Under the pieces are notes generated by a model. It worked only from the letters and a program-made list of their open reading frames with translations. It was not told the origin of the DNA and made no database searches. From Nostoc sp. DedSLP01 (GTDB lineage Bacteria > Cyanobacteriota > Cyanobacteriia > Cyanobacteriales > Nostocaceae), in assembly GCA_034530875.2 (NCBI GenBank), contig JAVRCJ020000034.1, positions 1 through 64,000 on the forward strand: a DNA stretch of 64,000 nucleotides, read 5' to 3'. Both the position numbers and the translations under genes were made by a program. This document shows positions 30,454 to 42,054 of the stretch, piece after piece; the stretch's first letter is position 1; every line of letters begins with the position of its first letter.

Positions 30454-30478
30454 ATCCCCTGGCTGCAAGCCGGGGGAT
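30454..30478 (-). terminator. Terminator of the gap1-pyk-tal operon
   Basis: ATCCCCCGGCT-TGC-AGCCAGGGGAT stem then TT on the minus strand, just after the tal stop. Confidence 0.6.
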
Positions 30479-30492
30479 GAGCTAGCTAGATT

Positions 30493-31497
30493 TTAATGAC
30501 TTGCTACTACCTCTGTTTCCAGGCGAACGAGTCGGTCTGCCAAAAGTTTTTCCAGTTCTTCTAGTGCTTTGGTAAAACCTTGGATGCCTTCGTCTAGTTT
30601 TTCAAATGCCATACGGTCAGCAGCGTGCATCTTGTCAAAGGTAGCCTTATCGATGGATAGTTTTTCAATTTCTAAGTTGGCTACCTTAGCAGGATCGAGT
30701 TTGCGTGGTAGTTCTCCAATAGTTGCTTGTAATTCTGCTAAAAGCGAAGGCGAAATTGTCAATAAATCGCTACCTGCAAGTTCAGTTATTTCACCAATGT
30801 TACGGAAGCTAGCTCCCATAACTTCGGTTTTATAACCGAATTTCTTGTAGTAGTTGTAGATTGTGGTGACTGACAAAACTCCTGGATCTTCGGCTGGTGG
30901 GTAACTATCCCGACCAGTGTCTTTTTTGTACCAGTCGAGAATCCGACCGACGAAGGGAGAAATTAAGGTAACGCCAGCTTCCGCACAGGCGATCGCTTGG
31001 TGCAAACCAAACAATAAAGTAAGGTTACAATGAATACCTTCTTTCTCAAGAATTTCCGCAGCGCGAATACCTTCCCAGGTGGTGGCAATTTTAATTAAAA
31101 CGCGATCGCGACCAATTCCAGCAGCTTGATACTGAGCAATCAATTCCCGTGCCTTATTAACAGTAGCTTCGGTGTTGTATGACAAACGAGCATCGACTTC
31201 TGTAGACACGCGACCGGGAATAATTTGCAAAATCTTCAATCCAAAAGCCACCGCCAAACGGTCAAAAGCCAGAGAAACTATCTGTGCTTGGGTAGCTCCG
31301 GCTCCAGCATCTTTTTTTGCTTGAAGTAAAGTTAGATCGACAATTTCCTGATATTCTGGCATCTTTGCCGCAGCAGTAATCAGGGAAGGATTTGTGGTCG
31401 CGTCTTGGGGTTTAAACTTTTCGATTGCTTGGATATCCCCTGTATCTGCAACCACAACAGTCATTTCTCGCAATTGTTCTAGTAAGCTTTTAGACAT
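30493..31497 (-). CDS. tal: Transaldolase
   Basis: [26 protein letters not shown] and LISPFVGRI motifs. Confidence 0.97.
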   Translation of the reverse strand: MSKSLLEQLREMTVVVADTGDIQAIEKFKPQDATTNPSLITAAAKMPEYQEIVDLTLLQAKKDAGAGATQAQIVSLAFDRLAVAFGLKILQIIPGRVSTEVDARLSYNTEATVNKARELIAQYQAAGIGRDRVLIKIATTWEGIRAAEILEKEGIHCNLTLLFGLHQAIACAEAGVTLISPFVGRILDWYKKDTGRDSYPPAEDPGVLSVTTIYNYYKKFGYKTEVMGASFRNIGEITELAGSDLLTISPSLLAELQATIGELPRKLDPAKVANLEIEKLSIDKATFDKMHAADRMAFEKLDEGIQGFTKALEELEKLLADRLVRLETEVVASH

Positions 31498-31691
31498 AAA
31501 ATACTCCGTGATGTTTGTTTAGGATTTACTTAAATTCCCAAGGGAGTGGGGAGTAGGGAATAGGGAGTAGGGAGTTAGGAGTTAAGAGTTATTCTCTCCC
31601 TGCCTCCCCTGCTCAAGAACTGCCCCCATCTCCCGACTCCCGACTCACCACTCCCCACTCCCCTCCAGAGCCACAGCCTTATTCTAGAAGC

Positions 31692-33122
31692 TTATGCAGA
31701 AATTGGCTGTCCAATGGAATGCACTTTGATTAAGCTAGTTGTTCCTGATTTACCAATTGGGACGCCGGAGGTAATCACCACCTGATCTCCGTTCTTGGCT
31801 AGACCCCTCTCTAAGACTCTGTTCACCACATTTGTAAACATTTCTTCAGCATGGTGGACTGGTGGAATCAGCAAAGGTTCGACGCCCCAAGAAAGTGCTA
31901 GCTGGCGGTAAGCGGTGGCATCGGAAGTTAAGGCAATAATGGGAGAAGTTGGGCGGTATTTTGACACCATTCTCGCTGTACTGCCTGAGGTTGTGTTACA
32001 GAGAATTGCCCGCGAACCGGTTTCGTAGGCGATGCGACACACTGCTTCTGCTACTGATTCGGTAACGCTGAGACTACCTGGTTCGTGACACCAAGAACGT
32101 CTGCTGCCCTCATCTAAAGCCTGTTCTGTTCGCACGGCAATGTTGTGCATCATTTGGACTGCGGCGATGGGATATTCTCCCACGGCAGTTTCACCTGAAA
32201 GCATTACCGCATCTGTGCCATCCAAGATGGAGTTAGCCACATCCGTTGCCTCAGCGCGGGTGGGATCGGGGGCGCTAATCATCGACTCTAGCATTTGCGT
32301 GGCTGTAATCACGGGCTTGCCAGCTTGATTGCAACGGCGGGTGATATCTTTTTGAATCAGAGGGACTTCATGAATAGGTACTTCTACGCCTAAATCGCCA
32401 CGGGCAATCATGATGCCGTCAGCAACTTTGAGGATCGAGTCAAATTGCTCTACTGCTTCAGCTCTTTCGATTTTGGCAATTAAGCGAATTGAAGCGCCAG
32501 CGGCTTCAATCATCCTTTGGGCGGGTTCTAAATCTTGTGGCGATCGCACAAAAGACACCGCCACCCAGTCTACACCCAACTGAATCCCAAAACGCAAATC
32601 TAGCAAGTCTTTTTCGGTGATGGAACTCACAGGTAAAGGAGTTTGTGGCAGGTTCACTCCTTTGTGAGTGGAAATTAACCCGCCAATTTTCACCTGTGCC
32701 CGAATGCGATCGGCGTCGCGATCTGTAACAATCAGCTTGACACGACCATCATTAATTAAAATCGGTTCGCCCGGTCGCACCATTGCAAACAAAGTCGGCA
32801 ATGGTAAAGGCAATTCGTCAACACTCTCACCCTTCTCTTGCAAAACAAAGGTAACTTCACTCCCAGCTTCCACATTTAACCCTTCTGGCGGTAAGACACC
32901 CAAGCGTATCTTTGGCCCGCACAGATCTTGCATAATAGCGATCGGCCTTTGCTGTTCAGCACTAATCTGCCTGAGATACTGAGCAGTTTGGGCGTGGAAT
33001 TCATAAGCCCCGTGGGAAAAATTCAACCGCGCCACATTCATTCCGGCTTCTACTAAGGCTTGCAGCTTTTCAGGTGCAGATGTAGCAGGCCCAACAGTAC
33101 AAATGATTTTGGTTCGACGCAT
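31692..33122 (-). CDS. pyk: Pyruvate kinase
   Basis: RRTKIICTVGP, ARLNFSHG, IMIARGDLGVE and DAVMLSGETA motifs. Confidence 0.97.
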   Translation of the reverse strand: MRRTKIICTVGPATSAPEKLQALVEAGMNVARLNFSHGAYEFHAQTAQYLRQISAEQQRPIAIMQDLCGPKIRLGVLPPEGLNVEAGSEVTFVLQEKGESVDELPLPLPTLFAMVRPGEPILINDGRVKLIVTDRDADRIRAQVKIGGLISTHKGVNLPQTPLPVSSITEKDLLDLRFGIQLGVDWVAVSFVRSPQDLEPAQRMIEAAGASIRLIAKIERAEAVEQFDSILKVADGIMIARGDLGVEVPIHEVPLIQKDITRRCNQAGKPVITATQMLESMISAPDPTRAEATDVANSILDGTDAVMLSGETAVGEYPIAAVQMMHNIAVRTEQALDEGSRRSWCHEPGSLSVTESVAEAVCRIAYETGSRAILCNTTSGSTARMVSKYRPTSPIIALTSDATAYRQLALSWGVEPLLIPPVHHAEEMFTNVVNRVLERGLAKNGDQVVITSGVPIGKSGTTSLIKVHSIGQPISA

Positions 33123-33167
33123 AGGGATTAAGGGTTGAAAGAATAACCTGCGAGATGGATGCTTGAT

Positions 33168-33480
33168 GCCAATTCGTAATTCGTAATTCGTAATTCGTGA
33201 TTCCTAATTAACAGACTTCAGATTTTATTTGGGTTTTCCGGTTCAAATCTTGAGCCTGCTTTTGGAAAATTGGCATTATGCGATGCCCAAGCTAACTTGT
33301 CCTAGACATCGCAACGGTATCCAAATTCACACGTGCTTCATATCACTGGTTTGCTAAGTAAAGATACTAGATTGCGTTTTATTTTCGGGTATTTCCCATT
33401 CGACCCAAATCCCAAAAGTCAAAAGTCAAAAGTCAAAAGTTAATAACTAATGACTAATGACCAATGACTAATGACTAATA
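33168..33480. repeat. STRR arrays (AATTCGT, CAAAAGT, TGACTAA) in the gap1-pyk spacer
   Basis: Tandem heptamers at 33171-33200 and 33413-33480. Confidence 0.8.
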
Positions 33481-33485
33481 ACAAA

Positions 33486-34577
<1,092 letters not shown>

Positions 34578-35007
34578 TCAAAATAGATTGCCTTTTACTC
34601 TTTACTTTACGATCCTGACAGTCTCAGTCGGCTAAGGCATATTTACTTGGCAAATTTTAAGGTTTGGGGAATGGGGCATTGGGTATTGGGCATGGGGCAT
34701 GAGTCTTTTTTGTCACTTTTTACCGATTCTCCATCAACCAAGCGCGATCGCCTGAAGAATGTCCTGTTGGCAAATCCATACATAGCAAGCTTTTTGCCTT
34801 TTTCTAACCGTCGAACTCACGTAATATGGGGTTCAGATATGTTCTTCAATAATCTAAACATCGGTACAGTTCAATAAAGGAAAGCCACAGGAGAAAGAAA
34901 CAATTATTTATCAATCAAAATTCAAGATATTTTGGAAGAATTTAATATCACTCATTCGCAATAATTATTTGTAAAGCAACTCTGCCAAGCTGTAGTGCAG
35001 AGGTACT

Positions 35008-35748
35008 ATGAGTGAGGAAATATTCATGCGTTCAGAATGGCAATTTCTTGATGTTCAAGATCCAGATATTAATCAGTACACTATTAAGCTAGAACTGCAA
35101 AAATTTAGCATCGGACGAAGCAATGGTAATGATATTGTGCTTCCCAATCCAGAAAAGACAATCTCGCGCCAACATTGTTTTTTGGAATATGTAGTAAATT
35201 TGTGGTGGGTGGTAGATGAGTCAAGTGCGAATGGAACTTTTGTGCAACGGTACAATACTAATACTACAATAGATGTGCGTCAGCATAATAGATTACATCT
35301 CAACAATGGAGATACAATTTTAATTCTTGGTAGGTTATTAGAGGTAGAAGAACCTGTCTTTTGGAAATTGACATTCCGAGATAATGATGAAACTGGTAGA
35401 TACTTGCAGTTTCAACCCCCTGCATACTTAGAGTACAGCCTCAGTCAACAAAAACTTTTTTTAGTCAATACTGGAAAACGAGAAGAGATTCTTCTGACTA
35501 AAAAGGAACGCAATCTCATTAATTACATGGCACAGTGCAATCAAGCAAATGACCATAAATCTGTAGTGTGTGAATATCACGAACTGATACAGGCTATTTG
35601 GGGAGAATCTTTTGGTCATACCAGTAATGATGTTACTCGTCTGGTATGGGCTATTCGCAGTAAAGTTGAGTGTGACTCTGGAGAGCCGGAATTTTTAAAA
35701 ACAGAGAAGGGAAGAGGTTACAGCTTGCAAGTTAAGTTGATGACGTGA
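35008..35748 (+). CDS. FHA domain + OmpR-type winged-helix regulator
   Basis: FHA motifs IGRS-x2-ND, ISRQH and SANGTFV; C-terminal LT-x-KE...IWG...IRSKVE...KTEKGRGY winged helix. Confidence 0.85.
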   Translation: MSEEIFMRSEWQFLDVQDPDINQYTIKLELQKFSIGRSNGNDIVLPNPEKTISRQHCFLEYVVNLWWVVDESSANGTFVQRYNTNTTIDVRQHNRLHLNNGDTILILGRLLEVEEPVFWKLTFRDNDETGRYLQFQPPAYLEYSLSQQKLFLVNTGKREEILLTKKERNLINYMAQCNQANDHKSVVCEYHELIQAIWGESFGHTSNDVTRLVWAIRSKVECDSGEPEFLKTEKGRGYSLQVKLMT

Positions 35749-35843
35749 AGCAGAGTGAATAACTTTGCCAGAAGTTACCCTGACAAAGGTAATTTTTTAC
35801 AAGTAGGTATTAGAATCTGTTTTGATGGTTTTGGTATAACTAA

Positions 35844-36017
35844 GAGCATGTTTGAAAAGTTTTGGGCGAATATAATTCGCTACTACACAAACGAAGTTTG
35901 CCTGCGCGGACTAACGGAAAGTTAAGCTTTTTGAACCTATGAACGTGGGTTTCGTCTGTGTAGCTGCGATTTCTAATCGCCGGGTCTGGTATGAATTTAG
36001 GCTTTTCAAACAACCTC
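35844..36017. mobile_element. MITE with 3-bp TAA target duplication
   Basis: TAA-GAGCATGTTTGAAAAG ... CTTTTCAAACAACCTC-TAA. Confidence 0.75.
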
Positions 36018-36211
36018 TAAGACCTAAAAAACTTGCTAATTTGCAAAAAATGTGGCTAGTTCTTGTGATGAAAATTGCTCATCATATTAAATCCAGCTAA
36101 TTGCTTACGGTATTACGCTTGATTGTTGATAATTGGTAATTGGTTTTTCACATTACCTATTACCAGCCTAGCTGGAATATCAAGCGAACACGATATTTAG
36201 TTCATTAAAGC

Positions 36212-36315
36212 TATAGCAATCCTAAATCAGTTATGAGAGATAAAATTGCTGAAAAGCCCATAAATACGTGCTTTTTATTTCCCTATTTTCTAACGTTTCA
36301 AGTCGGATTGCTATA
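36212..36315. mobile_element. TATAGCAATCC-type MITE
   Basis: TATAGCAATCC ... GGATTGCTATA inverted ends; same family as 4326 and 4411. Confidence 0.7.
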
Positions 36316-36733
36316 TCTTGATGGGCTAATAGTTAGGATGAATGCAAAATATTCTGATAATGGTACTAAAATAGCTGTTTATGATAGATTATGAGATAGA
36401 AATGTTACATTAACAACATGAGCATTTAAAAGCAGCAAAATTCAGAATTTTCAATGTATTAATTTACTCTTTACAGGTTCAATTGTTAAAAGTGAATATG
36501 CTTGTAATCAAGCATTAGCTACTAATCAGGTATAACTTTCTATACCAGGATTACTTAACTACAGGATTATTTAACTAATAGCTGGCTTAAGCAAGCTTTT
36601 TAGCTAAAAAATGTTTGAATTATTACAATTTAATATTTTTCCCACAAAGTAAATAGAAACAATCTTAAAAGTCTTAAAGTTTCTATTATGGCTTTGCTAG
36701 CTCAGCATTATTAACAATATTTGAGAGAAAATT

Positions 36734-38155
36734 ATGTTACCAGAGTACTCAGAGACTCAGAACAATGGCAACTCTAGTGAGTCAACACCAAGAGTTTCAG
36801 AAGCTGAAATACAGCAATTACGAGTAAATAAAGCTGCAAATCAACGGCTGAATTGGTTCCATGGTAAGGTTTTGAAAAATGGTCGGTATGAAATTGAACG
36901 ACCATTAAATCAGGGAGGATTTGCTATTGTTTATCTTGCTAAAGATACGCAAACAAAGCAACAAGTAGCTCTCAAAGTTCTTAAAATTGAGTTGCAAGAA
37001 GAGTATGAGCTTGAGAGCCTTGAAGAAAACTTTGTCAAAGAAGCGATTTACTTATCAAAGTGTGAGCATCAGTATATTGTGCAGTTTAAAGATATCTTTA
37101 AGGACTCTGATACTTGGTGCATAGTTATAGAATATATTGAGGGTGAAGACTTAAATAGTTGGGTGAAGAACAATGGTTCTTTATCAGAAAAGGAAGCGAT
37201 ACATTACATTAGGCAAATAGGTGAGGCATTAAAGGAACTTCATGCTCATAATTTATTGCATAGAGATGTTAAACCTAAGAATATTATTAGGAGAGCCAAT
37301 GGCTCAGAAGTAGTTTTAATTGATCTAGGGATATCTCGGAAGTTTTCTCAAAACCAAACTGATAAACATACTCCTTTATTAACACAAAATTTTGCGCCAA
37401 TCGAGCAACATTTAGAAAAATATAAAAGAGGAGCTTTTACCGATGTTTATGCATTAGCAGCAACACTATATTATTTAATAACTGGAATAGAACCGAAATC
37501 TTCTCTCTCTAGAAAAGAAGGTGAAGAACTGGATACTCCTTCAGAAATTCTAGGTAAAAAGAATCTCAGTATTAGTCCACAGGTAAATAATGCTATTATT
37601 TTAGGAATGCAAATCTATCCTAAAGAACGCCCTCAGACAATCCAAGAATGGCTGAATTTACTTCCAGACTCCGAATCAGAATTGAAATCAGATGAAGACA
37701 CAGAATTATCTATACTAACAGATAAAAATCATCCACTACTAAATCCCTTTTACTCACCAATTGAACCAACTAGTAATGATGCAGTTGGCTTAATAAATGC
37801 TCTAAATTGCCAGTTATATAGTTGGATTGCTACGTTCACAAGCCCCATAATTTTTTTAGTCACATTTGCTATTTTAAGTTGGTTAGGAACAACCTTAATT
37901 AGTGCTGGATTCTGGATGTTATTGGCAGTTGTTGCTATCATCAGTTTCTTTTTATTCACTAAAGAGCGGACTCAAAGGCAAAAGATAGGATTAATAATTA
38001 GTTCTTTTATCCCTACTCTAATCATTTTTATTTTTGTTCCTGGTTTGAAAGATTGGAAAATACAAGGATGGGAATTTATAAAAATATTAATGTTAATACT
38101 ATTAAATTGTTTATTAGGATTTGCTGTGATGAGCTTTTTTGAGGATGAAAGGTAA
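36734..38155 (+). CDS. Membrane-anchored Ser/Thr protein kinase
   Basis: GGFAIVY, VALK, HRDVKPKN, DLG and FAPIEQ motifs; about four C-terminal TM helices. Confidence 0.92.
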   Translation: MLPEYSETQNNGNSSESTPRVSEAEIQQLRVNKAANQRLNWFHGKVLKNGRYEIERPLNQGGFAIVYLAKDTQTKQQVALKVLKIELQEEYELESLEENFVKEAIYLSKCEHQYIVQFKDIFKDSDTWCIVIEYIEGEDLNSWVKNNGSLSEKEAIHYIRQIGEALKELHAHNLLHRDVKPKNIIRRANGSEVVLIDLGISRKFSQNQTDKHTPLLTQNFAPIEQHLEKYKRGAFTDVYALAATLYYLITGIEPKSSLSRKEGEELDTPSEILGKKNLSISPQVNNAIILGMQIYPKERPQTIQEWLNLLPDSESELKSDEDTELSILTDKNHPLLNPFYSPIEPTSNDAVGLINALNCQLYSWIATFTSPIIFLVTFAILSWLGTTLISAGFWMLLAVVAIISFFLFTKERTQRQKIGLIISSFIPTLIIFIFVPGLKDWKIQGWEFIKILMLILLNCLLGFAVMSFFEDER

Positions 38156-39233
38156 ATTGTCAACTTTATACCAATTTATGAAAAAAAGAAAAATTATTCC
38201 ATTAATAATACTTTTTGTAATTTGTCCTATTGCTTTACTAATAGTAAATTTCGTGAATCTAGAACAAATTAGAACTCCACAAAATGTAGGAAGTGCTAAT
38301 TATCACAACATACCGCCTCAGACTTATGACAGAAAAACTTTTGCCGAAGTGCAAGTTCCTGAAGGAACATTTAATTATGGTGGGAGTACGACTTGGGCCA
38401 CTATTCGTGGATCTATTGATCAAAAAATTCAAGATGCTACTAAACGAAAATTTAAGTTAAATTATGTAGATCATCCCAGAGGTAAAACACCAGGTTCAAT
38501 TACAGGTATTAGGATGTTATTAAATGATAAACTACACTTTTCTGTGTCTTCTCGTCCACTCGAGCCTCAAGAAAAACAAAATTTAAAAGAAATTCCAGTG
38601 GCAATTGATGGGATCGCGATCGCAGTTAATCGTAATTTACCAATAGAAAGTCTGACAATAGAGCAAATTAAAAACATTTATACAGGTCATATTAAAAATT
38701 GGAATGAAATTGTCTCTAGTCCAAATGTACCAATCAAACCCTATATTCGCGATCCTAGAGATGGAGGTACAGTAGAATACTTTTTAAAGGAAGTCTTAAA
38801 AATAGAAAAAATAGAAGAACTAGGATCTAGTGTTGAATTCGTCCCAGATACAACTCACGGCGTACAAAAAGTTAACCAAAAGAGTGGAGGTATCTATTTT
38901 GCCTCTGCTCCTGAGGTAATTAAAGAATGTACTGTTAAAACAGTACCACTTAAACAGAAGTTAGAGCCATCTTTTGCAATTCCGCCTTACAGACCACCGT
39001 TGTTTTCTCCTGAAGATTGCCTTAAATATAAAGATAAGATAGAAGCTAATACAGCGGCATTTCGTAACGGTACTTATCCAATTACTCGTAAATTATTTGT
39101 GATTGTCAAGCAAAATGATCCTATAAAAAAGGAAGCTGGAGAATCTTATGCAAATTTACTGTTGACACAAGAAGGTCAAGAACTGCTAGAGAAGATTGGA
39201 TTCGCTCCTATTCTAAACTCTTCTAACAATTAA
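38139..39233 (+). CDS. PstS-family periplasmic binding domain protein, membrane-anchored
   Basis: N-terminal TM; FNYGGSTTWA, GSITGI, VAIDGIAIAVN and YPITRKLFV motifs; overlaps the kinase stop. Confidence 0.85.
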   Translation: MRMKGKLSTLYQFMKKRKIIPLIILFVICPIALLIVNFVNLEQIRTPQNVGSANYHNIPPQTYDRKTFAEVQVPEGTFNYGGSTTWATIRGSIDQKIQDATKRKFKLNYVDHPRGKTPGSITGIRMLLNDKLHFSVSSRPLEPQEKQNLKEIPVAIDGIAIAVNRNLPIESLTIEQIKNIYTGHIKNWNEIVSSPNVPIKPYIRDPRDGGTVEYFLKEVLKIEKIEELGSSVEFVPDTTHGVQKVNQKSGGIYFASAPEVIKECTVKTVPLKQKLEPSFAIPPYRPPLFSPEDCLKYKDKIEANTAAFRNGTYPITRKLFVIVKQNDPIKKEAGESYANLLLTQEGQELLEKIGFAPILNSSNN

Positions 39234-39314
39234 TACCAAGTTGCTAATTTGGATTTTACTCAAATTATTGTTAGAGGAAATTTTTGGGTATTCGAGTGAT
39301 ACTCGTGAATGAGT

Positions 39315-39425
39315 CTTTAAACTCCACTTTTGTGCCCCAATGCCCAATGCCTTGTGGGATCTGCTGTTTGGAGGCAAGCAGACAGCGGCTTTAAACTCCA
39401 CTTTTGTGCCCCAATGCCCAATGCC
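39315..39425. repeat. Exact 37-bp direct repeat flanking a unique 37-bp insert
   Basis: CTTTAAACTCCACTTTTGTGCCCCAATGCCCAATGCC at 39315-39351 and 39389-39425. Confidence 0.9.
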
Positions 39426-39427
39426 CT

Positions 39428-40546
39428 TTAATTTTTTTGATACCGCATTCCTGGCAGTTGGGAGAGTAAACCCATAAGTTCTAACTGTAACAAGGCGCTG
39501 GAAACTGAACCGGCAGGCATACCGGTTTGTTGGACTATTAAATCAAAGGGTAAAATATCGAAGGCGATCGCATCCATTACCTGTTGCAGTTCGGGTGATA
39601 AAGTTGGCAAGCTTAACTGCTGTGGTGTTGACAATTGCTCAACTCTATCTATTTGTGGTATTGCTCCCAGCATTGTTAATAATTCGTCTAATTCTTTGAG
39701 AATCAAAGAAGCACCTTGAGTTAGCAACTTTAAACAACCTTGGGATGGATAATCGTCCACTCTTCCCGGTAATGCATAGATATCTCTACCAAATTCATTG
39801 GCGTAGGTGGCTGTAATCAGGGCGCCAGACTTTAATGGGGCTTCCATCACTAAGATAGCGCGGCTCATGCCGGCAATAATCCGGTTGCGGCGGGGAAAAT
39901 GAGTCTTGTCGGGTGGAGTTTTTGCAGGATATTCACTCACGACTAACCCAGCCGTCAAAATTTGCTTGTACAAATCCCGATTTTTCTGGGGATAAATCAC
40001 GTCTGTGCCAGTTCCTAAAACTGCGATGGTTCTTCCACCAGCTTTAATGGTGGCGGCGTGGCTTTCGGTGTCAATTCCCTCGGCCATGCCAGAAACCACC
40101 GTAAAGCCATTTTTCGCTAAAGCTGTGCTAATTTGACGAGTCCAACGAATCCCGTATTCTGAAGGACGGCGCGTTCCCACAATCCCAACTAGCGGTTTTT
40201 CTCCGAGATTTTCCTGGAGTTCAACTTCACCGCGATAGTACAAAATCGGCGGCGGACTGGGGATTTCTAATAGTAAGCGGGGATAATCACTATCTGCTGG
40301 AGTCCAGAAATAAGGGTTTTCCTGTTGGTGTTTGATGAATAGTTGTTCTGGGTATAAGCGCGATCGCTGTTGTACTATTTTTTCAAGTGTTTGAAAACCA
40401 AAACCCTCTACTTCCCCTAACTCTGCCTTAGTAGCGTTCCAAGCAGTTGCCAGCGTGCCAAAATGCTGTTGCAGCCGTCGCAGTAATACCGGGCCAATTC
40501 CCGAAATTTGCGACCAAGCTACCCAATACGCACTTTCTTCTACCAC
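39428..40546 (-). CDS. dprA: DNA processing protein A
   Basis: IVGTR, VVSGMAEGID, FPRRNRIIAG and SGALITA motifs; C-terminal winged helix. Confidence 0.95.
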   Translation of the reverse strand: MVEESAYWVAWSQISGIGPVLLRRLQQHFGTLATAWNATKAELGEVEGFGFQTLEKIVQQRSRLYPEQLFIKHQQENPYFWTPADSDYPRLLLEIPSPPPILYYRGEVELQENLGEKPLVGIVGTRRPSEYGIRWTRQISTALAKNGFTVVSGMAEGIDTESHAATIKAGGRTIAVLGTGTDVIYPQKNRDLYKQILTAGLVVSEYPAKTPPDKTHFPRRNRIIAGMSRAILVMEAPLKSGALITATYANEFGRDIYALPGRVDDYPSQGCLKLLTQGASLILKELDELLTMLGAIPQIDRVEQLSTPQQLSLPTLSPELQQVMDAIAFDILPFDLIVQQTGMPAGSVSSALLQLELMGLLSQLPGMRYQKN

Positions 40547-40914
40547 TTTTGTATCCTCACGCCACTGCTTTGAGTATTCCCAAAATCAAGGGATTTTGCC
40601 CATTTCTATTTATTTATCAAGATAGAATACATGCGTCAGTCGTCAGAATTCAGTATGAATAACTGGGTTTAATACCCCCACACAATCGTAGATTTGGTGG
40701 TGCAACAATTCAGTCGCGGGTCTGAATAAGAGACTTTCTTGTTCTGACACCTGAATTCTGTTAGCGTAGCGGGGCGTAGCCCATTCTGAATTCTTCTTCA
40801 AGGCAATATTAATTTTTAATTTTTAATTCTTAATTTTTAATTTGAAGGGGGTTGACTCTTGACTCTTAAACATTGAACATTAACTATTGACTATTAATTC
40901 TCCCGTTACCTTTT

Positions 40915-42054
40915 GTGATGAAATCTTTTTATCGCCTTTTACTAAGCCTATCTGGTTACTCAATATTTCCAATACTGCATAGTATTTTTGGTGTCTTGCC
41001 TAGTGTGGCAGCCGAGAATGTTGTTGTGAGATACGGTTTGTTCGAGCAATCGATTCCTGTCGCAGATATACGCAACTATAGCGAGACGCAAAAGGTTTCT
41101 GCCGATTTGCGAACTATCTTAGGTCGTCTAAGTCCTCAAGAGAAACAGAAGTTTCAAGATGCGCTGCAAGTAAAGATGTCTCTTGATATTGTGGCTTTAG
41201 ACAAGCTGATAAATACACAAACAGGCAACCAAGTTTTATCTTTTGTTTCCCGAGCGATCGCTCGACGCGATGAAGCCAGTATCCAAGCGCTACGCTCTGC
41301 TATTATCATAGGAGCAAAATCACCAGATGGTTTAGGATTGCTGACGTTTTTAGAAGCTTATCCTAGTAATGAAATAGTCATTGATGTGTCAAAAATTTCT
41401 CAAATCGTGGGCATGGCAGGTTCATCTTCTAGTGCTGCTGATGCACCGCCAAAGGACGATGCAATTTCTTCACCTTTAGGGAGAATTGCACTGCAATATC
41501 AGACACTTGCCGCCCAAAATAAACAATTTTCAGGTTGTTTGTTTGGCGATTCGATTTCGGCTGGACTTGGCAATACCCTCGGTAGCGGTAATATTAATTT
41601 TGGGTTAAATGGGTTAAGTTCAACTTCATTACTAGAACAACTGAAAGCTTTAATTCCTACTAAAGCTAAATGCGAAAAAGCCATTATTGCCATAGGTGCA
41701 AATGATGCTTTGTATGGAATTAGCGATGAGTTGTTTAGCAAAAATCTACAAGAGGCGATCGCACTTGTCCGTACAATGGGAGCGAAAGAAGTTTTTCTGA
41801 TTCCCGCTTTTTATTCAACAACTGAGGCTAGTTCAGATCCAACTGTTGCAGCACCTCTTTCTAAAATCGAACAAATTAATTCTCTAATTAATAAAGTTGC
41901 TGAGACAGAAAAAGTACCAGTCGAGGCAGCAGGAGTCGCACCATTGTATGAAAATAATGTTTTGAAAAAAGATTTTACCAATGATGGCGACCATTTGAAT
42001 GCAGAGGGATTAAAAATTTATCGCCAAGCATTGTCACAAATTCTCACAAAGTAA
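40915..42054 (+). CDS. DUF1400 domain + SGNH/GDSL hydrolase, signal peptide
   Basis: AAE-x-V-x-VRYG N-terminal domain; SGNH blocks LFGDSI, IGAND and DGDHLN. Confidence 0.8.
   Translation: MMKSFYRLLLSLSGYSIFPILHSIFGVLPSVAAENVVVRYGLFEQSIPVADIRNYSETQKVSADLRTILGRLSPQEKQKFQDALQVKMSLDIVALDKLINTQTGNQVLSFVSRAIARRDEASIQALRSAIIIGAKSPDGLGLLTFLEAYPSNEIVIDVSKISQIVGMAGSSSSAADAPPKDDAISSPLGRIALQYQTLAAQNKQFSGCLFGDSISAGLGNTLGSGNINFGLNGLSSTSLLEQLKALIPTKAKCEKAIIAIGANDALYGISDELFSKNLQEAIALVRTMGAKEVFLIPAFYSTTEASSDPTVAAPLSKIEQINSLINKVAETEKVPVEAAGVAPLYENNVLKKDFTNDGDHLNAEGLKIYRQALSQILTK

Noticed and set aside
39315..39425. Calling the 37/37/37 structure a functional CRISPR array
   Set aside because: Only two repeats, no internal palindrome, includes STRR heptamers, no cas genes; kept as a repeat feature and a hypothesis
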